A stretch of 64,000 nt of DNA, from assembly GCA_963841435.1 (NCBI GenBank), contig CAWJCS010000002.1, positions 864,001 through 928,000 on the forward strand. The letters are read 5' to 3'. The translations under genes and the position numbers were made by a program. Under the pieces are notes generated by a model that had not been told where the DNA came from, did not search any database, and saw only the letters and a list, made by a program, of their open reading frames with translations. Every line of letters begins with the position of its first letter. The stretch's first letter is position 1. This document shows positions 26,557-36,965 of the stretch, piece by piece. The stretch is from an uncultured delta proteobacterium. Lineage in GTDB: Bacteria; Myxococcota_A; Polyangia; Polyangiales; Polyangiaceae.

Positions 26557-27789
26557 CTACTGCGCTCTGCCGCGCTCGCTTGGCGAAAGCGAAGCGGTCT
26601 TGCCGGTATGCGCACGCTGCAGCGCGCGCACGTACATCACGATTGCCCAGCGATCCTCGGTTGGGATCTGCGGGCCGTAGCCCGGCATGGTGCGGATGCC
26701 GTGGGTGATCGTGTTGAAGATCTCTCCGACGGCCATCTGCTTGAGATTGTCCTGCGTCAGGTTCGACGGCGGAACCCAGGTGCCCTGCTGCAGCTCTTCG
26801 GCGCGCCTGGCGACCATGCCATTGCCTTCGCCGCCCTGCCCGTGGCACGGGGTGCAGTAAATGCCGAAGCGCTGGCGCCCACGCTCGACGGTGGCCTCTT
26901 CCGCGCGCACCTGGGAGGGGAACGTCCGCGCCCAGGCGCCGTTCTGCTTGCCCCGGTAGAAGTGATCGTCCTCGTGGAGCTCGCCCACGGCGACCGTCTC
27001 GGGCTCCTGGGGTCGGGCGGCGCGCCCGTCGGCAAACACGGGATTTTCCCGCTGCGCCTTGTACTTGGGCTGCCAGTCCATGTCCCCGATCAGGTGTATG
27101 CGGGGGCTTCTCGAAGTGGCAAAGCGCGCCTTGGCCGCGAGCGCGAAGGGAACCGCCGCCGCCACGGTGAGGATCACGACCGCGTAGATGAGCCCTTTCG
27201 GTATCGCGCTCGGCGTGACGTTGTCTTCCGGCACGGCCTCGATGGCGCTCGGGTGCGTCTCCTCGAGGAGCTTCTTCGTCGCTTCGTCGTCGAACTTCGG
27301 ATCGGCCGCCTCGATGAGCAAGAAGAAGCGGTCGTCGGTCGAGCGCGCGAAGCGCCGCACCGCGTCGAGCGGGTGGGAGGGGTAGGGCAGGTTGTTCAGC
27401 ACCAGCATCGCGACCAGCGCCGTGATGCCGGCAAAAAGAACCGTGAGCTCGAACATGATCGGCACGTTGGCCGGGATGCTCCAGATGGGCTTGCCGCTGA
27501 TGAGCCACGCGTAATCGTAGGCGTTCGTCCACCATTGCAAGAGGATGGCCGTGGCGAGGCCCGTGAGACCGGCGCCGAGGACGATCCACGGCAGGATCGT
27601 CATCTTGATGCCCATCGCCTTGTCGATGCCGTGCACCGGGAAGGGCGTGTAGGTGTCCCAGCGGGAGAAGCCCGCGTCGCGGATCTTCTTGGAGGCGGCC
27701 AGGATGCCCGACGGCGAGTTATACTCGGCGAGCAAGCCGTGGAGCGCCGCGGGCCCGGGGGCTTCTGGGGTCGCTTCGTCGTGGCTCAT
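26557..27789 (-). CDS. Fused ActD (DUF3341)-ActE (monoheme cytochrome c)
   Basis: TYTPFPVHG, SGKP and FELTVLF, then DMDWQPKYKAQ, CTPCHG, MPGY and DRWAIV. Confidence 0.92.
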   Translation of the reverse strand: MSHDEATPEAPGPAALHGLLAEYNSPSGILAASKKIRDAGFSRWDTYTPFPVHGIDKAMGIKMTILPWIVLGAGLTGLATAILLQWWTNAYDYAWLISGKPIWSIPANVPIMFELTVLFAGITALVAMLVLNNLPYPSHPLDAVRRFARSTDDRFFLLIEAADPKFDDEATKKLLEETHPSAIEAVPEDNVTPSAIPKGLIYAVVILTVAAAVPFALAAKARFATSRSPRIHLIGDMDWQPKYKAQRENPVFADGRAARPQEPETVAVGELHEDDHFYRGKQNGAWARTFPSQVRAEEATVERGRQRFGIYCTPCHGQGGEGNGMVARRAEELQQGTWVPPSNLTQDNLKQMAVGEIFNTITHGIRTMPGYGPQIPTEDRWAIVMYVRALQRAHTGKTASLSPSERGRAQ

Positions 27790-27792
27790 GAC

Positions 27793-29166
27793 CTAGTGGT
27801 GCTCCGCGTGCGCGTGGGCGGCCGGGTGGAACCCCTTGACCTCGGACATCGCCACCATCGGCAGGTAGCGACAGAAAAGGAGGAAGAGCGTGAAGAAGAG
27901 CCCGAAGCTGCCCGCGAGCGTCATGTAGTCGAAGGGTGTCGGGATGAAGTAGCCCCAGCTCGACGGCAAGAAATCCCGCGCGAGCGAGGTGCAGATGATG
28001 GTGAAGCGCTCGAACCACATGCCCACGTTGATGACCATGCCGATGAGCAGCGTGGCGAGCGGGCTGGTGCGGACCTTCTTGAACCAATGGAGCTGGGGCG
28101 AGACCACGTTGCACGTGATCATCGTCCAGTAGGCCCAGGCGTACGGACCAAAGGCGCGGTTGACGAAGGTGAAGCCCTCGTATTCGTTGCCCGAGTACCA
28201 GGCGACGAAAAACTCCATACCGTACGAGTAGCCGACCATCAGGCCAGTCGCGATCAGCACCTTGTTCATCAGCTCGAGGTGCTCGATCTTGATGATGCGC
28301 TTGAGGCCGAAGAGCTGGCGCGCCGGCACGGCGAGCGTCACCACCATGGCGAAGCCGCCGAAGATGGCGCCCGCGACGAAGTAGGGCGGGAAGATCGTGG
28401 TGTGCCAGCCCGGGATCTGGGCCGTGGCGAAGTCGAACGACACGACCGAGTGCACGCTGAGCACGAGGGGTGTCGCGAGCGCGGCGAGCAACAGGTACGC
28501 GCGCTCGTAGCGGTGCCACTGGCGCGACGAGCCGCGCCAGCCCATCGCGACGATGCCGTACGCGAGTCGACGGCCGAACGTCGTCGCCCGATCGCGGAAG
28601 CTCGCGAAATCCGGGATCATGCCCATGTACCAGAACACGATCGAGATCGTGGCGTAGGTGCTGACCGCGAAGATGTCCCACTCGAGTGGGCTTCGGAACT
28701 GCGGCCACATCACCATCTGGTTGGGGATGGGCATCATGTAATAGGGCAGCCAGGGACGACCGATGTGGATGCCTGGGAAGATGCCGGCGCAGATGACCGC
28801 GAAGATCGTCATCGCTTCGGCGAAGCGGTTGATCGCGGTGCGCCAGCCTTGCCGCAAAAGGAACAGGATGGCGCTGATGAGCGTCCCGGCGTGGCCGATA
28901 CCGATCCAAAACACGAAGTTTACGATCGGAAAGCCCCACGCGACGGGCATCATGTTTCCGTACACGCCGATCCCGGTCCAGAACAGCCACGCGACACTGA
29001 TCAGGAACAGCGAGAGCAGGCCAAGCGCACCGGCGAAGGCGATGTACCAAGCGCGCGGCGGGCGCTCCGCTTCCGCGATGCGCGCAACGTTGTCGGTGAT
29101 GCGCGCGAAGACGTTGTCGCCTGCGGGCGGGGTCACGAACGGGTTGAGGTCGGTCGCGGCGGCCAT
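27793..29166 (-). CDS. actC: Alternative complex III subunit ActC (NrfD family)
   Basis: [49 protein letters not shown]. Confidence 0.96.
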   Translation of the reverse strand: MAAATDLNPFVTPPAGDNVFARITDNVARIAEAERPPRAWYIAFAGALGLLSLFLISVAWLFWTGIGVYGNMMPVAWGFPIVNFVFWIGIGHAGTLISAILFLLRQGWRTAINRFAEAMTIFAVICAGIFPGIHIGRPWLPYYMMPIPNQMVMWPQFRSPLEWDIFAVSTYATISIVFWYMGMIPDFASFRDRATTFGRRLAYGIVAMGWRGSSRQWHRYERAYLLLAALATPLVLSVHSVVSFDFATAQIPGWHTTIFPPYFVAGAIFGGFAMVVTLAVPARQLFGLKRIIKIEHLELMNKVLIATGLMVGYSYGMEFFVAWYSGNEYEGFTFVNRAFGPYAWAYWTMITCNVVSPQLHWFKKVRTSPLATLLIGMVINVGMWFERFTIICTSLARDFLPSSWGYFIPTPFDYMTLAGSFGLFFTLFLLFCRYLPMVAMSEVKGFHPAAHAHAEHH

Positions 29167-29167
29167 C

Positions 29168-32100
29168 TCAGCCTAGTTCCGGGTTGGGGTTGCGGACGCG
29201 CCCGAGGTAGCGGACACGCGGGCGATTGTTGAGCTCGCCGAGCAACGCATACGCACGGGGCAGGTTGTGGAGCGAAGTGACCTGGGCGGCGCCGTCGTTG
29301 AGGTCGCCGAAGACGATGGCGCCGGCGGGGCACGTCTCCTGGCAAGCGGTGCGGATCTCGCCGTCCGGGATGCCGCGGCCGGCGTTCTTCGCCTTGATCT
29401 TCGCGTTCTGGATGCGCTGCACGCAGAACGTGCACTTCTCCATCACGCCGCGCGACCTGACCGTCACGTCCGGATTGAAGACCATCGACTTGACCTTCAT
29501 TTTCGGGTCTTCGGTGGGCGTGTAGGGCGTCACGCCGATCACGTCGACGTTGTAGTTGAAGTAGTTGAAGCGCCGGACCTTGTACGGGCAGTTGTTCGAG
29601 CAATACCGCGTGCCGATGCAGCGGTTGTAGACCATGTCGTTCAGCCCCTCGTGGCTGTGCATGGTCGCGCCCACGGGGCAGACCTGCTCGCACGGCGCGT
29701 TCTCGCACTGCTGGCAGGGAACGGGCTGGAACGCCATCTGCGCGTCCGCCGCCTCGCCCTTGTAGTAGCGATCGACGCGCAGCCAGAGCATCTCGCGGCC
29801 CTTGGCGAGGTTCGTCTTGCCGACGACGGGGATGTTGTTTTCCGCCTGGCAGGCCGTGACGCACGCGCTGCAGCCCGTGCATTTGTTGAGGTCGATCGAC
29901 ATGCCCCACTTGTGGCCGTCGTACGACACCGGGTCCATGAAGAGGTTGAGCAGCGGCTTGTGCTCCACGCGCTCTTCGACGAAGTGCGGGTCCTTCTTGA
30001 ACTCCTCGAGCGTTGCCTCGCGCAGGAGCTCTCCCATGCGCGTTTCCACACCCTCGCGCCCGATGGCGTCGATCGCGTGGATGTCCGTCGAGACCGAGAG
30101 CCGCGGTAGCTCCTGGGTCGAGTGGGCGATGCTGCCGCCGCCGGTCGAGTAGAGTGCCGCGGCGGTGCGGAACGCGTAGGCGTTCACGCCGACCGACCCC
30201 ACGTCGGCGCGCGTGGAGCCGCCGACCTGGCCCGCCGCCGTCCGGCCGTAGCCGAGCGTCAGAGCGATCGAGCCCTCGGCGTGGCCCGGCACCCAGAGCG
30301 CGGGCAGGGTGACGCTCCTTTCGCCGAGCGTCACGGTGCAGGGCTCGCCGTCCGCGATGCCGAGCTCTTCGCCCGTGACGGGGCTCATGAGCGCGGCGTT
30401 GTCCCATGCGAGCTTGGTGACCGGCTCCGGCAGCTCCTGGAGCCACCCGCTGTTGGCGAACGAGCCGTCGTGCACCTTGAGACAGGGACGGAAGGTGACC
30501 TCGAGCTTGCCATTTTGCAGCTTGGTCTGAGCCAGCTCGCGCTCGGAGAAATTGAGCGGGGGGATGGCGACGAGCTTCGGTGTCACGCGCTCGAACGCCG
30601 AGCGCTGCAAGAGGCCGTCGTGCACGGCGCGGCGGAACGGAGCCTCGCCGGGCAGTAGGCGCGCGTGCGTGTGCTTCACGAGATCAACCGCGCTCTCGCT
30701 CTTGGCGAGCAAGAGGGCCAAGAGCTCGATGGCCGAGCGGCCGCCGTAGATCGGCGCGATGAGAGGCTGCGCGATCGAGATCGTGCCGTCCCACGAGCGC
30801 GCGTCACCCCAGCTCTCGAGGTAGTGAGCCGCGTTTAGGTGCCAGGTCGAGCGCTGCGACGTTTCGTCGTCGTACAAGCTCAAGTGAATGCTGGTCTTGG
30901 CGTGGCCGATGGCGTCTGCGAACGCGATGTCGCCGGGCGCCGTGTAGGCGGGGTTGCCGCCGAGCACGAGCAGCGTATCGACGCGATCGTTTGCGAGCTC
31001 GTCGGCGAGCTGCTTGAGCGAGAGCACGTCGGCGATGCTCGGCGCGAACGGGTCTTCGACGTACTCGACCGTGCGACCCACGTTGCCGAGCACCTCGTTG
31101 AGGCGGTGACCCAGGGCATGCACCTCGGGAGGTTGCGTCGGGCCGACGACGACGAGGCTGCGTCCGACGTGCGCGGCCAGATCCTTGGCGACCGCGTCGA
31201 GGAACTTCGCCACGGCGGCGTCCGCGAGGAAGGCCGCCTTGGGAGGCGCCTGCGCGGCGCCGAGCTCGGGCAGGGGCTTGGCGAGCTCGCTCACCTTGGC
31301 GTCGAGCGCTGCGGCGAACGCCTTGATGAGCTCGGTACGCACGCCGAGTCGGTGGTCGGCCAGGCCGCCCACGAGCGAATGTTCGCACTCGACGCTGTAG
31401 ACGCGGCTCATCTCGCCGTCCGGGGCGCGTCCGGCGGCGACGCCGCGCGCGTGCGCGAGGTTTCCGGGGAACGACGGCGCGAACAGATCGGCGTCGAGCG
31501 TGAGGATGACGGCCGCCGCCTCGGGCTTGAGCAGAGTGCGATGCGCCTTGCCGAACGCCATCACCGAGCCGGCGCGCGGCGCGTCACTCTTCGCGGGAGC
31601 GAAGGTCGTCCACTTGGCGAGCGGGAACGCCTCGAGAAACTCGGCCTTGAGCGCGAGCAGCGTGGGTGAGGAGCTGGGCTCGGAGAGGACGCGGACGCCG
31701 TACCCGCGGCCGCCCCGGAGGCGGGCGAATTGCTCCTTCGCGAACTCGGAGAACGCTTCCCAGGTCGCCGGTGCCGCGGCCGCCTTGCCTCGGCGCATCG
31801 GCCGGTCGCTGCGGTCCGGGTCGTAGACACCGAGGACGCTTGCCTGATGCTGCGCGCTCGCGGCGCCCAGGCTTTCGGGGTGCATCGGGTTTCCGTCCAC
31901 CTTGATGGGCCGGCCGTCGTAGCTCGTGACGTGTAGCCCGACGGCGACCCCGTCGGTTTCCATCACGGTCGCAAAGCGACGCGTCGTGCCGGGGATCGTG
32001 CCCTCGGGCCGGCGCGACAGCGGCACGATCTTGTCCTCGTGCCAGCGGCAGCCGACGCCGGCGAGGCCGAGCGAGGCGCCCATCAGTTTCAGGAAGCTTC

Positions 32101-32293
32101 GCCGCTCGGGCGACGATTCGGGCAGCGCCTCGGGGGGAGCGGCGAATTCGCGTTCGAGCAGCGCGCGAAACTCGGGAAGGTTGTTGAGCTCGGCGAAGCT
32201 GCGCCAGAAGCGCGGACGCGCGGTCGAGGCGGTGGCCCCGGTCGCTTCGCGCTTCGGGTCCGAGGACCTCTCGTCGTCTTTCAGCGATGACAT
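29168..32293 (-). CDS. actB: Alternative complex III subunit ActB (molybdopterin-oxidoreductase-like + Fe-S)
   Basis: [16 protein letters not shown]at signal, GRPIKVDGN and four Fe-S Cys clusters (CTGCSAC, CQQC, CIGTRYC, CTFC). Confidence 0.96.
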   Translation of the reverse strand: MSSLKDDERSSDPKREATGATASTARPRFWRSFAELNNLPEFRALLEREFAAPPEALPESSPERRSFLKLMGASLGLAGVGCRWHEDKIVPLSRRPEGTIPGTTRRFATVMETDGVAVGLHVTSYDGRPIKVDGNPMHPESLGAASAQHQASVLGVYDPDRSDRPMRRGKAAAAPATWEAFSEFAKEQFARLRGGRGYGVRVLSEPSSSPTLLALKAEFLEAFPLAKWTTFAPAKSDAPRAGSVMAFGKAHRTLLKPEAAAVILTLDADLFAPSFPGNLAHARGVAAGRAPDGEMSRVYSVECEHSLVGGLADHRLGVRTELIKAFAAALDAKVSELAKPLPELGAAQAPPKAAFLADAAVAKFLDAVAKDLAAHVGRSLVVVGPTQPPEVHALGHRLNEVLGNVGRTVEYVEDPFAPSIADVLSLKQLADELANDRVDTLLVLGGNPAYTAPGDIAFADAIGHAKTSIHLSLYDDETSQRSTWHLNAAHYLESWGDARSWDGTISIAQPLIAPIYGGRSAIELLALLLAKSESAVDLVKHTHARLLPGEAPFRRAVHDGLLQRSAFERVTPKLVAIPPLNFSERELAQTKLQNGKLEVTFRPCLKVHDGSFANSGWLQELPEPVTKLAWDNAALMSPVTGEELGIADGEPCTVTLGERSVTLPALWVPGHAEGSIALTLGYGRTAAGQVGGSTRADVGSVGVNAYAFRTAAALYSTGGGSIAHSTQELPRLSVSTDIHAIDAIGREGVETRMGELLREATLEEFKKDPHFVEERVEHKPLLNLFMDPVSYDGHKWGMSIDLNKCTGCSACVTACQAENNIPVVGKTNLAKGREMLWLRVDRYYKGEAADAQMAFQPVPCQQCENAPCEQVCPVGATMHSHEGLNDMVYNRCIGTRYCSNNCPYKVRRFNYFNYNVDVIGVTPYTPTEDPKMKVKSMVFNPDVTVRSRGVMEKCTFCVQRIQNAKIKAKNAGRGIPDGEIRTACQETCPAGAIVFGDLNDGAAQVTSLHNLPRAYALLGELNNRPRVRYLGRVRNPNPELG

Positions 32294-32937
32294 GTCGAAC
32301 AATCCGTCGGGGGATTGAGGTGGTTCTTTTCGCGCAGCATCTTGCCGTACTCGAACGGATCGACGCCCTCGGGCGGGGCCCAGTCCATGTTCGTCACCTC
32401 TTCGGGCGGCCTGAGATTCTTCTCGGGCTCGCGGTGGCAATCGAGGCACCAGCTCATGCTCAACGGCTCGTGCTGGAAGACCTCTTCCATCTGGTCCACG
32501 CGGCCGTGGCAGGTGACGCAGCCGACGCCTCGGGTCACGTGCGCGCTGTGGTTGAAGTAAGCGTAGTCAGGCAGGTCGTGGACCTTGATCCACTCGACCG
32601 GGTTGCCGGTTTGGTAGCTCTCACGAATGGGTCGGAGCTTCTCGCTCTTGGTCCAGATGTGCTCGTGGCAGTTCATGCACGTCCCCGACGGCGGGATCGC
32701 GGCATGGGCAGCCTGCTCCACCGTGTTGTGGCAGTAGCGGCAGTCGAGCCCCAGCGTGCCGGCGTGCAGCGCGTGGCTGTACGGCACTGGCTGTTTTGGC
32801 TCGTAACCTACGTCCGTGGTTTTCGGCGAGGCGCCATACCAAATGAGCCCCGTCAGGTAGATGGGGGCGCCTCCTAGGAGGGCACCCGCGAGCGCTCGTG
32901 TCTTGTTCGCCCAGCGCGGGAATACGAAGGGGGTCAT
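32281..32937 (-). CDS. actA: Alternative complex III subunit ActA (pentaheme cytochrome c)
   Basis: Five CxxCH (CRYCH, CMNCH, CVTCH, CLDCH, CSTCH), QPVPYSH and one TM. Confidence 0.96.
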   Translation of the reverse strand: MTPFVFPRWANKTRALAGALLGGAPIYLTGLIWYGASPKTTDVGYEPKQPVPYSHALHAGTLGLDCRYCHNTVEQAAHAAIPPSGTCMNCHEHIWTKSEKLRPIRESYQTGNPVEWIKVHDLPDYAYFNHSAHVTRGVGCVTCHGRVDQMEEVFQHEPLSMSWCLDCHREPEKNLRPPEEVTNMDWAPPEGVDPFEYGKMLREKNHLNPPTDCSTCHR

Positions 32938-33071
32938 CGAGGATTTAGGCGATGAGGCCGTCCAGCCCCCAATTTTGCGGGGCACACCGCCTCAGGGAGC
33001 CATGGGCAGGGGTAATTCCAAGGGTCGCGAGGCCCGGGCCCCGGGGGGCCCGGCTTTTCTCGACGCGCGAC

Positions 33072-33100
33072 CTTATGCGCCGACGGCTCTGAAATGTAAA
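33072..33100 (-). promoter_or_regulatory. Candidate sigma70-type promoter of the act-cox operon
   Basis: TTTACA-N17-CATAAG on the minus strand. Confidence 0.45.
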
Positions 33101-33136
33101 TGCCCCCTGCCGCGACAGTCCAAAGCCACCGAATTT

Positions 33137-33155
33137 ACAGGTACTTTTTACCTGT
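33137..33155. promoter_or_regulatory. Perfect inverted repeat, candidate TF site
   Basis: ACAGGTA-CTTTT-TACCTGT in an AT-rich patch upstream of actA. Confidence 0.45.
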
Positions 33156-33237
33156 TTCGGGATGGGACGCGCTGGCCGATTTTGACGGGACCGAGGCGGG
33201 AGCTCGGGCCGGCGGGGGCCGCCGGCCCTGAGTCCCC

Positions 33238-34692
33238 TCAGAACTCGCGCATTTGCTTACGGATTTTGCCGATCGCCTGCTCTTGGAGCTGCCGGATGCG
33301 TTCCCGGGACAAGTTGTACTTGTCACCGATCTCCTTCAGCGTGAGCTCGTCCTCGTTGTCGAGGCCGAAGCGCCAGCGAATGATCCGCGACTCGATCGGG
33401 GTGAGGGTACCGAGCAGCCGCTGGACCTCCTGCGCCCACTTCTGGTTCGCGAGGTTGTCGTAGGGCGACAGCATGTTCTCCTCGACCAGAAAATCGATGA
33501 AGCGGCGCCCGTCCTCGTCACCGACGGGGCGGTCTAGCGAGAACGGCGTGTCGGCGTAGAGATCCTTCACCTTGTCGAGCTTGTCGCGCGGGACGCCAGT
33601 CTCCTTCTCGAGCTCCTCGACGGTCGGCTCGCGACCCGTGCGCGCGATGATGGTCTGCGTGGCGCGGGAGACACGATTGTACGTGTCGAGCATGTGCACG
33701 GGGATGCGCACGGCTCGCCCCTTGTCGGCGAGGGCGCGGCTGATTGCGTGGCGAATCCACCAGGACGCGTAGGTGGAGAATCGGTAGCCGCGCGTGTGGT
33801 CGAAGCGCTCCACCGCCTTCATGAGGCCGATGTTGCCCTCCTGGATGAGATCGATGAGCGGTAGCCGGCCGCGGTTGTAGCGGCGCGCGATGCTCACGAC
33901 GAGGCGGAGGTTCGCCTTGACGAAGCGGTTCTTCGCCGTGCGCTGCGCGTTGTCGGTCGCTCGCGTGCGGCTGATGTAACGCTTGTAGGCGGGCGTCTCC
34001 GGCACGGGCTCGTGATCGAAGTCGTCGTCGCCGGGTTCGAGACCGAAGCGACGAGCGAGACGCTGGGCGTTCGCCATCCAGATGCGATCCGAGTCCGGCA
34101 GGCGCACTTCTCGCGCCAGCCCGGCGGCAAACGCGTTCCACTGACGCGTCTGGTCGGCGTTCAGCTTGGAGCGCTGCTTGCGGTACACCTTCGCAAGCCT
34201 GCGGAGCTCGGCGATCTGGGGCAGGTCGGGGCGCTCCTCGGGGGCCAGCGTCGAGACGTCGCGCTCGAGCCCGTCGAGCATCGCCTCGGCAGCGGGGACG
34301 TATGCGAGGAGTGCGACCCAGTGATCGATCTCCGCCTGCTCCACGTTCTGGGCGGCCGAGAGCTCCTCGTCCGGGCCCATGACCTGGTGGGTTGCCATGT
34401 CGCGGAAGTAGCGAGACAGCATCGAATCGGTCGAGCTATCGACCTCCGCGGGCATCGACTCACCGGTCTCCATGAAGCCCTCCGTCGTGTCGGGGGCCTC
34501 CGAGGAGCGGACTGACGACGCGCTGCGGACGCGCGTGTCCTCCGCTTCGTCCGTGTAGTTGGCGGGGCTGCTCGAAGGAGCTCGGCTGCTGAGCGCAGCC
34601 TTCCCCGAGGCCGGGCTGGACTCCGGGGCGATCGAGGGGCTCGGACCCTTGGTGGCCTGCCGGTGGGTGGCTGATTGGGAACGGGCGCTCAT
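33238..34692 (-). CDS. RpoD-like (group 2-type) sigma-70 factor
   Basis: Region 1.2 (SRYFRDM), [41 protein letters not shown] and region 4 SRERIRQ. The N-terminus is Ser/Pro-rich rather than a recognisable region 1.1. Confidence 0.93.
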   Translation of the reverse strand: MSARSQSATHRQATKGPSPSIAPESSPASGKAALSSRAPSSSPANYTDEAEDTRVRSASSVRSSEAPDTTEGFMETGESMPAEVDSSTDSMLSRYFRDMATHQVMGPDEELSAAQNVEQAEIDHWVALLAYVPAAEAMLDGLERDVSTLAPEERPDLPQIAELRRLAKVYRKQRSKLNADQTRQWNAFAAGLAREVRLPDSDRIWMANAQRLARRFGLEPGDDDFDHEPVPETPAYKRYISRTRATDNAQRTAKNRFVKANLRLVVSIARRYNRGRLPLIDLIQEGNIGLMKAVERFDHTRGYRFSTYASWWIRHAISRALADKGRAVRIPVHMLDTYNRVSRATQTIIARTGREPTVEELEKETGVPRDKLDKVKDLYADTPFSLDRPVGDEDGRRFIDFLVEENMLSPYDNLANQKWAQEVQRLLGTLTPIESRIIRWRFGLDNEDELTLKEIGDKYNLSRERIRQLQEQAIGKIRKQMREF

Positions 34693-34856
34693 GATTGACT
34701 CCAGACAGAAACGTGCATGCAAAAATCGATCCGCGCGGGCGGGGGCGTGGGGACAGGCTCAGGGCGAAGCGGGTGGGGTAGACGAACGCGCGTGCGGCCG
34801 GCAACGCCGTGACCACCCGCTGAGACGAACGAGGAGCGAACAAAGTTCCCTAGGGT

Positions 34857-34885
34857 TAGTTGCGAACGACGATGGCTCATGTCAA
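34857..34885 (-). promoter_or_regulatory. Candidate promoter of the sigma factor gene
   Basis: Perfect TTGACA, N17, then CAACTA (weak -10). Confidence 0.3.
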
Positions 34886-35181
34886 ATGAAACGACTTTCG
34901 TTAAGTACGCGCCGCGGAGGGGGTTGGATTCAGAAGATCGAGCGGCAGAATTCTCGCAAGGGTGAGCACAATGGGGCGAGTTCTCTAGGACGCGCTTCCC
35001 GTGGGGCTAGAACAGTCACACCCCCCGGGGGATTCCCGGAACACAGGGGTCGCTCAGAGTCAAGTACCCGAGAACGGCCGCACCGTGTCAGCCGCGGCAT
35101 CACGTGTTGCAATCGTTGCGGGGTGATCGCGGCACAGCCTGTGCCGCCGCCGCGACCCCGACGTCCGCCCGAGGCGCGGCT

Positions 35182-36249
35182 TTAGAACTGCGCCAGGAAA
35201 CGCGGGTCGTTCTCGAAGAGCAGGCGAATGTCGGGAATGCCGTAACGGAGCATCGCCACGCGGTCGACGCCCATGCCGAAGGCAAATCCTTGAAATTCAT
35301 CAGGATCGATGCCGACATGGCCGAAGACCTCGGGATCGATCATGCCGGCTCCCAGGATCTCGAGCCAGCCCGACGCCTTGCAGACCCGGCAGTTCGCGCG
35401 CGAGCCGTCGCTTTCGCTGCAAAAGACGCAGCCCACGTCCATTTCGGCGCCGGGCTCGACGAAGGGAAAGTAGCTCGGGCGAAAGCGCGTCTTCGTGTCG
35501 GGGCCGTAGAGGCGTCGCGCAAACTCGCTGAGGACGCCCTTGAGCTCCGCGAAGCTCGTCGTGCGATCGACGACGAAACCCTCGATCTGGTGGAACATCG
35601 GCGAGTGCGTGACGTCATCGTCGCGCCGATAGACGGGACCGCCGCTCACGACGGCGAGCGGCGGCGCGTGGGAGCTCATCTCGCGGACCTGGACGGTGCT
35701 CGTGTGGGTGCGCAAAAGCGCACGGACGTTGGGCATGGCGCCCGCGACGTCCACCCAGAAGCTGTCCTGCATGTCGGTCGCTGGGTGATCGGGCGGGAAG
35801 GCGAGCTTGTCGAAGTTGTTTTCGACGCGATCGACCTCTGGACCCCACGCGACGAGGAAGCCGAGCGATCGGAAGATGTCGAGGATCTCGAGCTTGACCT
35901 GCGTCACCGGGTGGAGATGGCCGCGGGGCGTCGTCACTCGCGCGGGTAGCGTGAGGTCGAGCGGCGGCCCTTCGAGGTCGGCGCGGCGCGCCCGCTCGAC
36001 GAGCTCTCCCAGCCGCTCCTCGAAAGCCGCCTCGACGGCGGACTTGGCGCGATTCACCTGTTCGCCGAGCGCGCGGCGGGTCTCGGGCGGGGCCTTGCCG
36101 AGCGCACGCAACGGCTCGCTGAGCTCGCCCTTCTTGCCCAGGATTTCGGCGCGGACGGCACGCAGCTCGTGCTCGTTCTCCGCTGCTTTCAGGCGCGCGG
36201 TGGCGCGCGCCGTGACCGCCGCGAGGTTGACCGCGGGAGGCTCCGACAC
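35182..36249 (-). CDS. pheS: Phenylalanine--tRNA ligase alpha subunit
   Basis: GHLHP, HPATDMQDSF, LRTHTS, HSPMFHQIEG, FRPSYFPFVEP, GFAFGMGVDR. Confidence 0.98.
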   Translation of the reverse strand: MSEPPAVNLAAVTARATARLKAAENEHELRAVRAEILGKKGELSEPLRALGKAPPETRRALGEQVNRAKSAVEAAFEERLGELVERARRADLEGPPLDLTLPARVTTPRGHLHPVTQVKLEILDIFRSLGFLVAWGPEVDRVENNFDKLAFPPDHPATDMQDSFWVDVAGAMPNVRALLRTHTSTVQVREMSSHAPPLAVVSGGPVYRRDDDVTHSPMFHQIEGFVVDRTTSFAELKGVLSEFARRLYGPDTKTRFRPSYFPFVEPGAEMDVGCVFCSESDGSRANCRVCKASGWLEILGAGMIDPEVFGHVGIDPDEFQGFAFGMGVDRVAMLRYGIPDIRLLFENDPRFLAQF

Positions 36250-36266
36250 GGCGCGAGGCTCCGACT

Positions 36267-36620
36267 TCAGTTGGCGGAAGCCGCGAGCCCCACGAGCTTC
36301 TTGAAGGCTTCCGAGTCGTTCACGGCCATCTCGGCGAGCATCTTGCGGTCGAGCTCGATGCCAGCCTCGCCGAGGGCCGCGATGAGGCGGGAGTAGGTCG
36401 TGCCGTTCTCTCGGCAGGCCGCGTTGATGCGTGTGATCCAGAGCCGGCGGAAATCGCGCTTGCGGAGCTTGCGCCCGGCGTAGGCGTACTGCCACGACTT
36501 CCAGAGAACGTGCATCGCCTGGCGGTAGCGGTTCTTCCGCCCACCGAAGAACCCCTCCACCTGATCGAGGACGCGCTTGTGGCGACGGCGGGGGGAGGGA
36601 CCACGTTTGACGCGGGACAT
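36267..36620 (-). CDS. rplT: 50S ribosomal protein L20
   Basis: [34 protein letters not shown]. Confidence 0.98.
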   Translation of the reverse strand: MSRVKRGPSPRRRHKRVLDQVEGFFGGRKNRYRQAMHVLWKSWQYAYAGRKLRKRDFRRLWITRINAACRENGTTYSRLIAALGEAGIELDRKMLAEMAVNDSEAFKKLVGLAASAN

Positions 36621-36638
36621 GGGATGAGCCTCTCTTCG

Positions 36639-36836
36639 TCAGCCGTAGGGGAGCATGATCTTGACGCGCTCGGCGAGCGGCCCGGCGACCATGTCGTTGT
36701 TGCGCAGACGCCGACGGCGCTTGCGGTTCTTACCGTTCATATTGTGCTGGGCTCCACCCTTGGGACGGCGGACCCTCCCCGAGCCAGAGACCTTGAAGCG
36801 CTTGTGGGCCGCGCGGTTGGTCTTCATCTTCGGCAT
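36639..36836 (-). CDS. rpmI: 50S ribosomal protein L35
   Basis: MPKMKTNRAAHKRFKVSGSG...MLPY. Confidence 0.97.
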   Translation of the reverse strand: MPKMKTNRAAHKRFKVSGSGRVRRPKGGAQHNMNGKNRKRRRRLRNNDMVAGPLAERVKIMLPYG

Positions 36837-36876
36837 GGCTGTTCCAGACCCCAGGCAGGCCGCCCGGGAGCGCGGA

Positions 36877-36905
36877 CTTATGACGGATGCAGCGGGCTTC
36901 GTCAA
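36877..36905 (-). promoter_or_regulatory. Candidate promoter of rpmI-rplT-pheS
   Basis: TTGACG-N17-CATAAG about 40 nt upstream of the rpmI ATG. Confidence 0.55.
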
Positions 36906-36965
36906 GCAATGGCCGGCACCCCTGACTCTTGGGACCCCCTCACACCGGCTCGGCGGTCGGGAGGC

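Noticed and set aside
35360-35440. Four-Cys insert in PheS
   Set aside because: CxxC...CxxC before GWxE is common in bacterial PheS.
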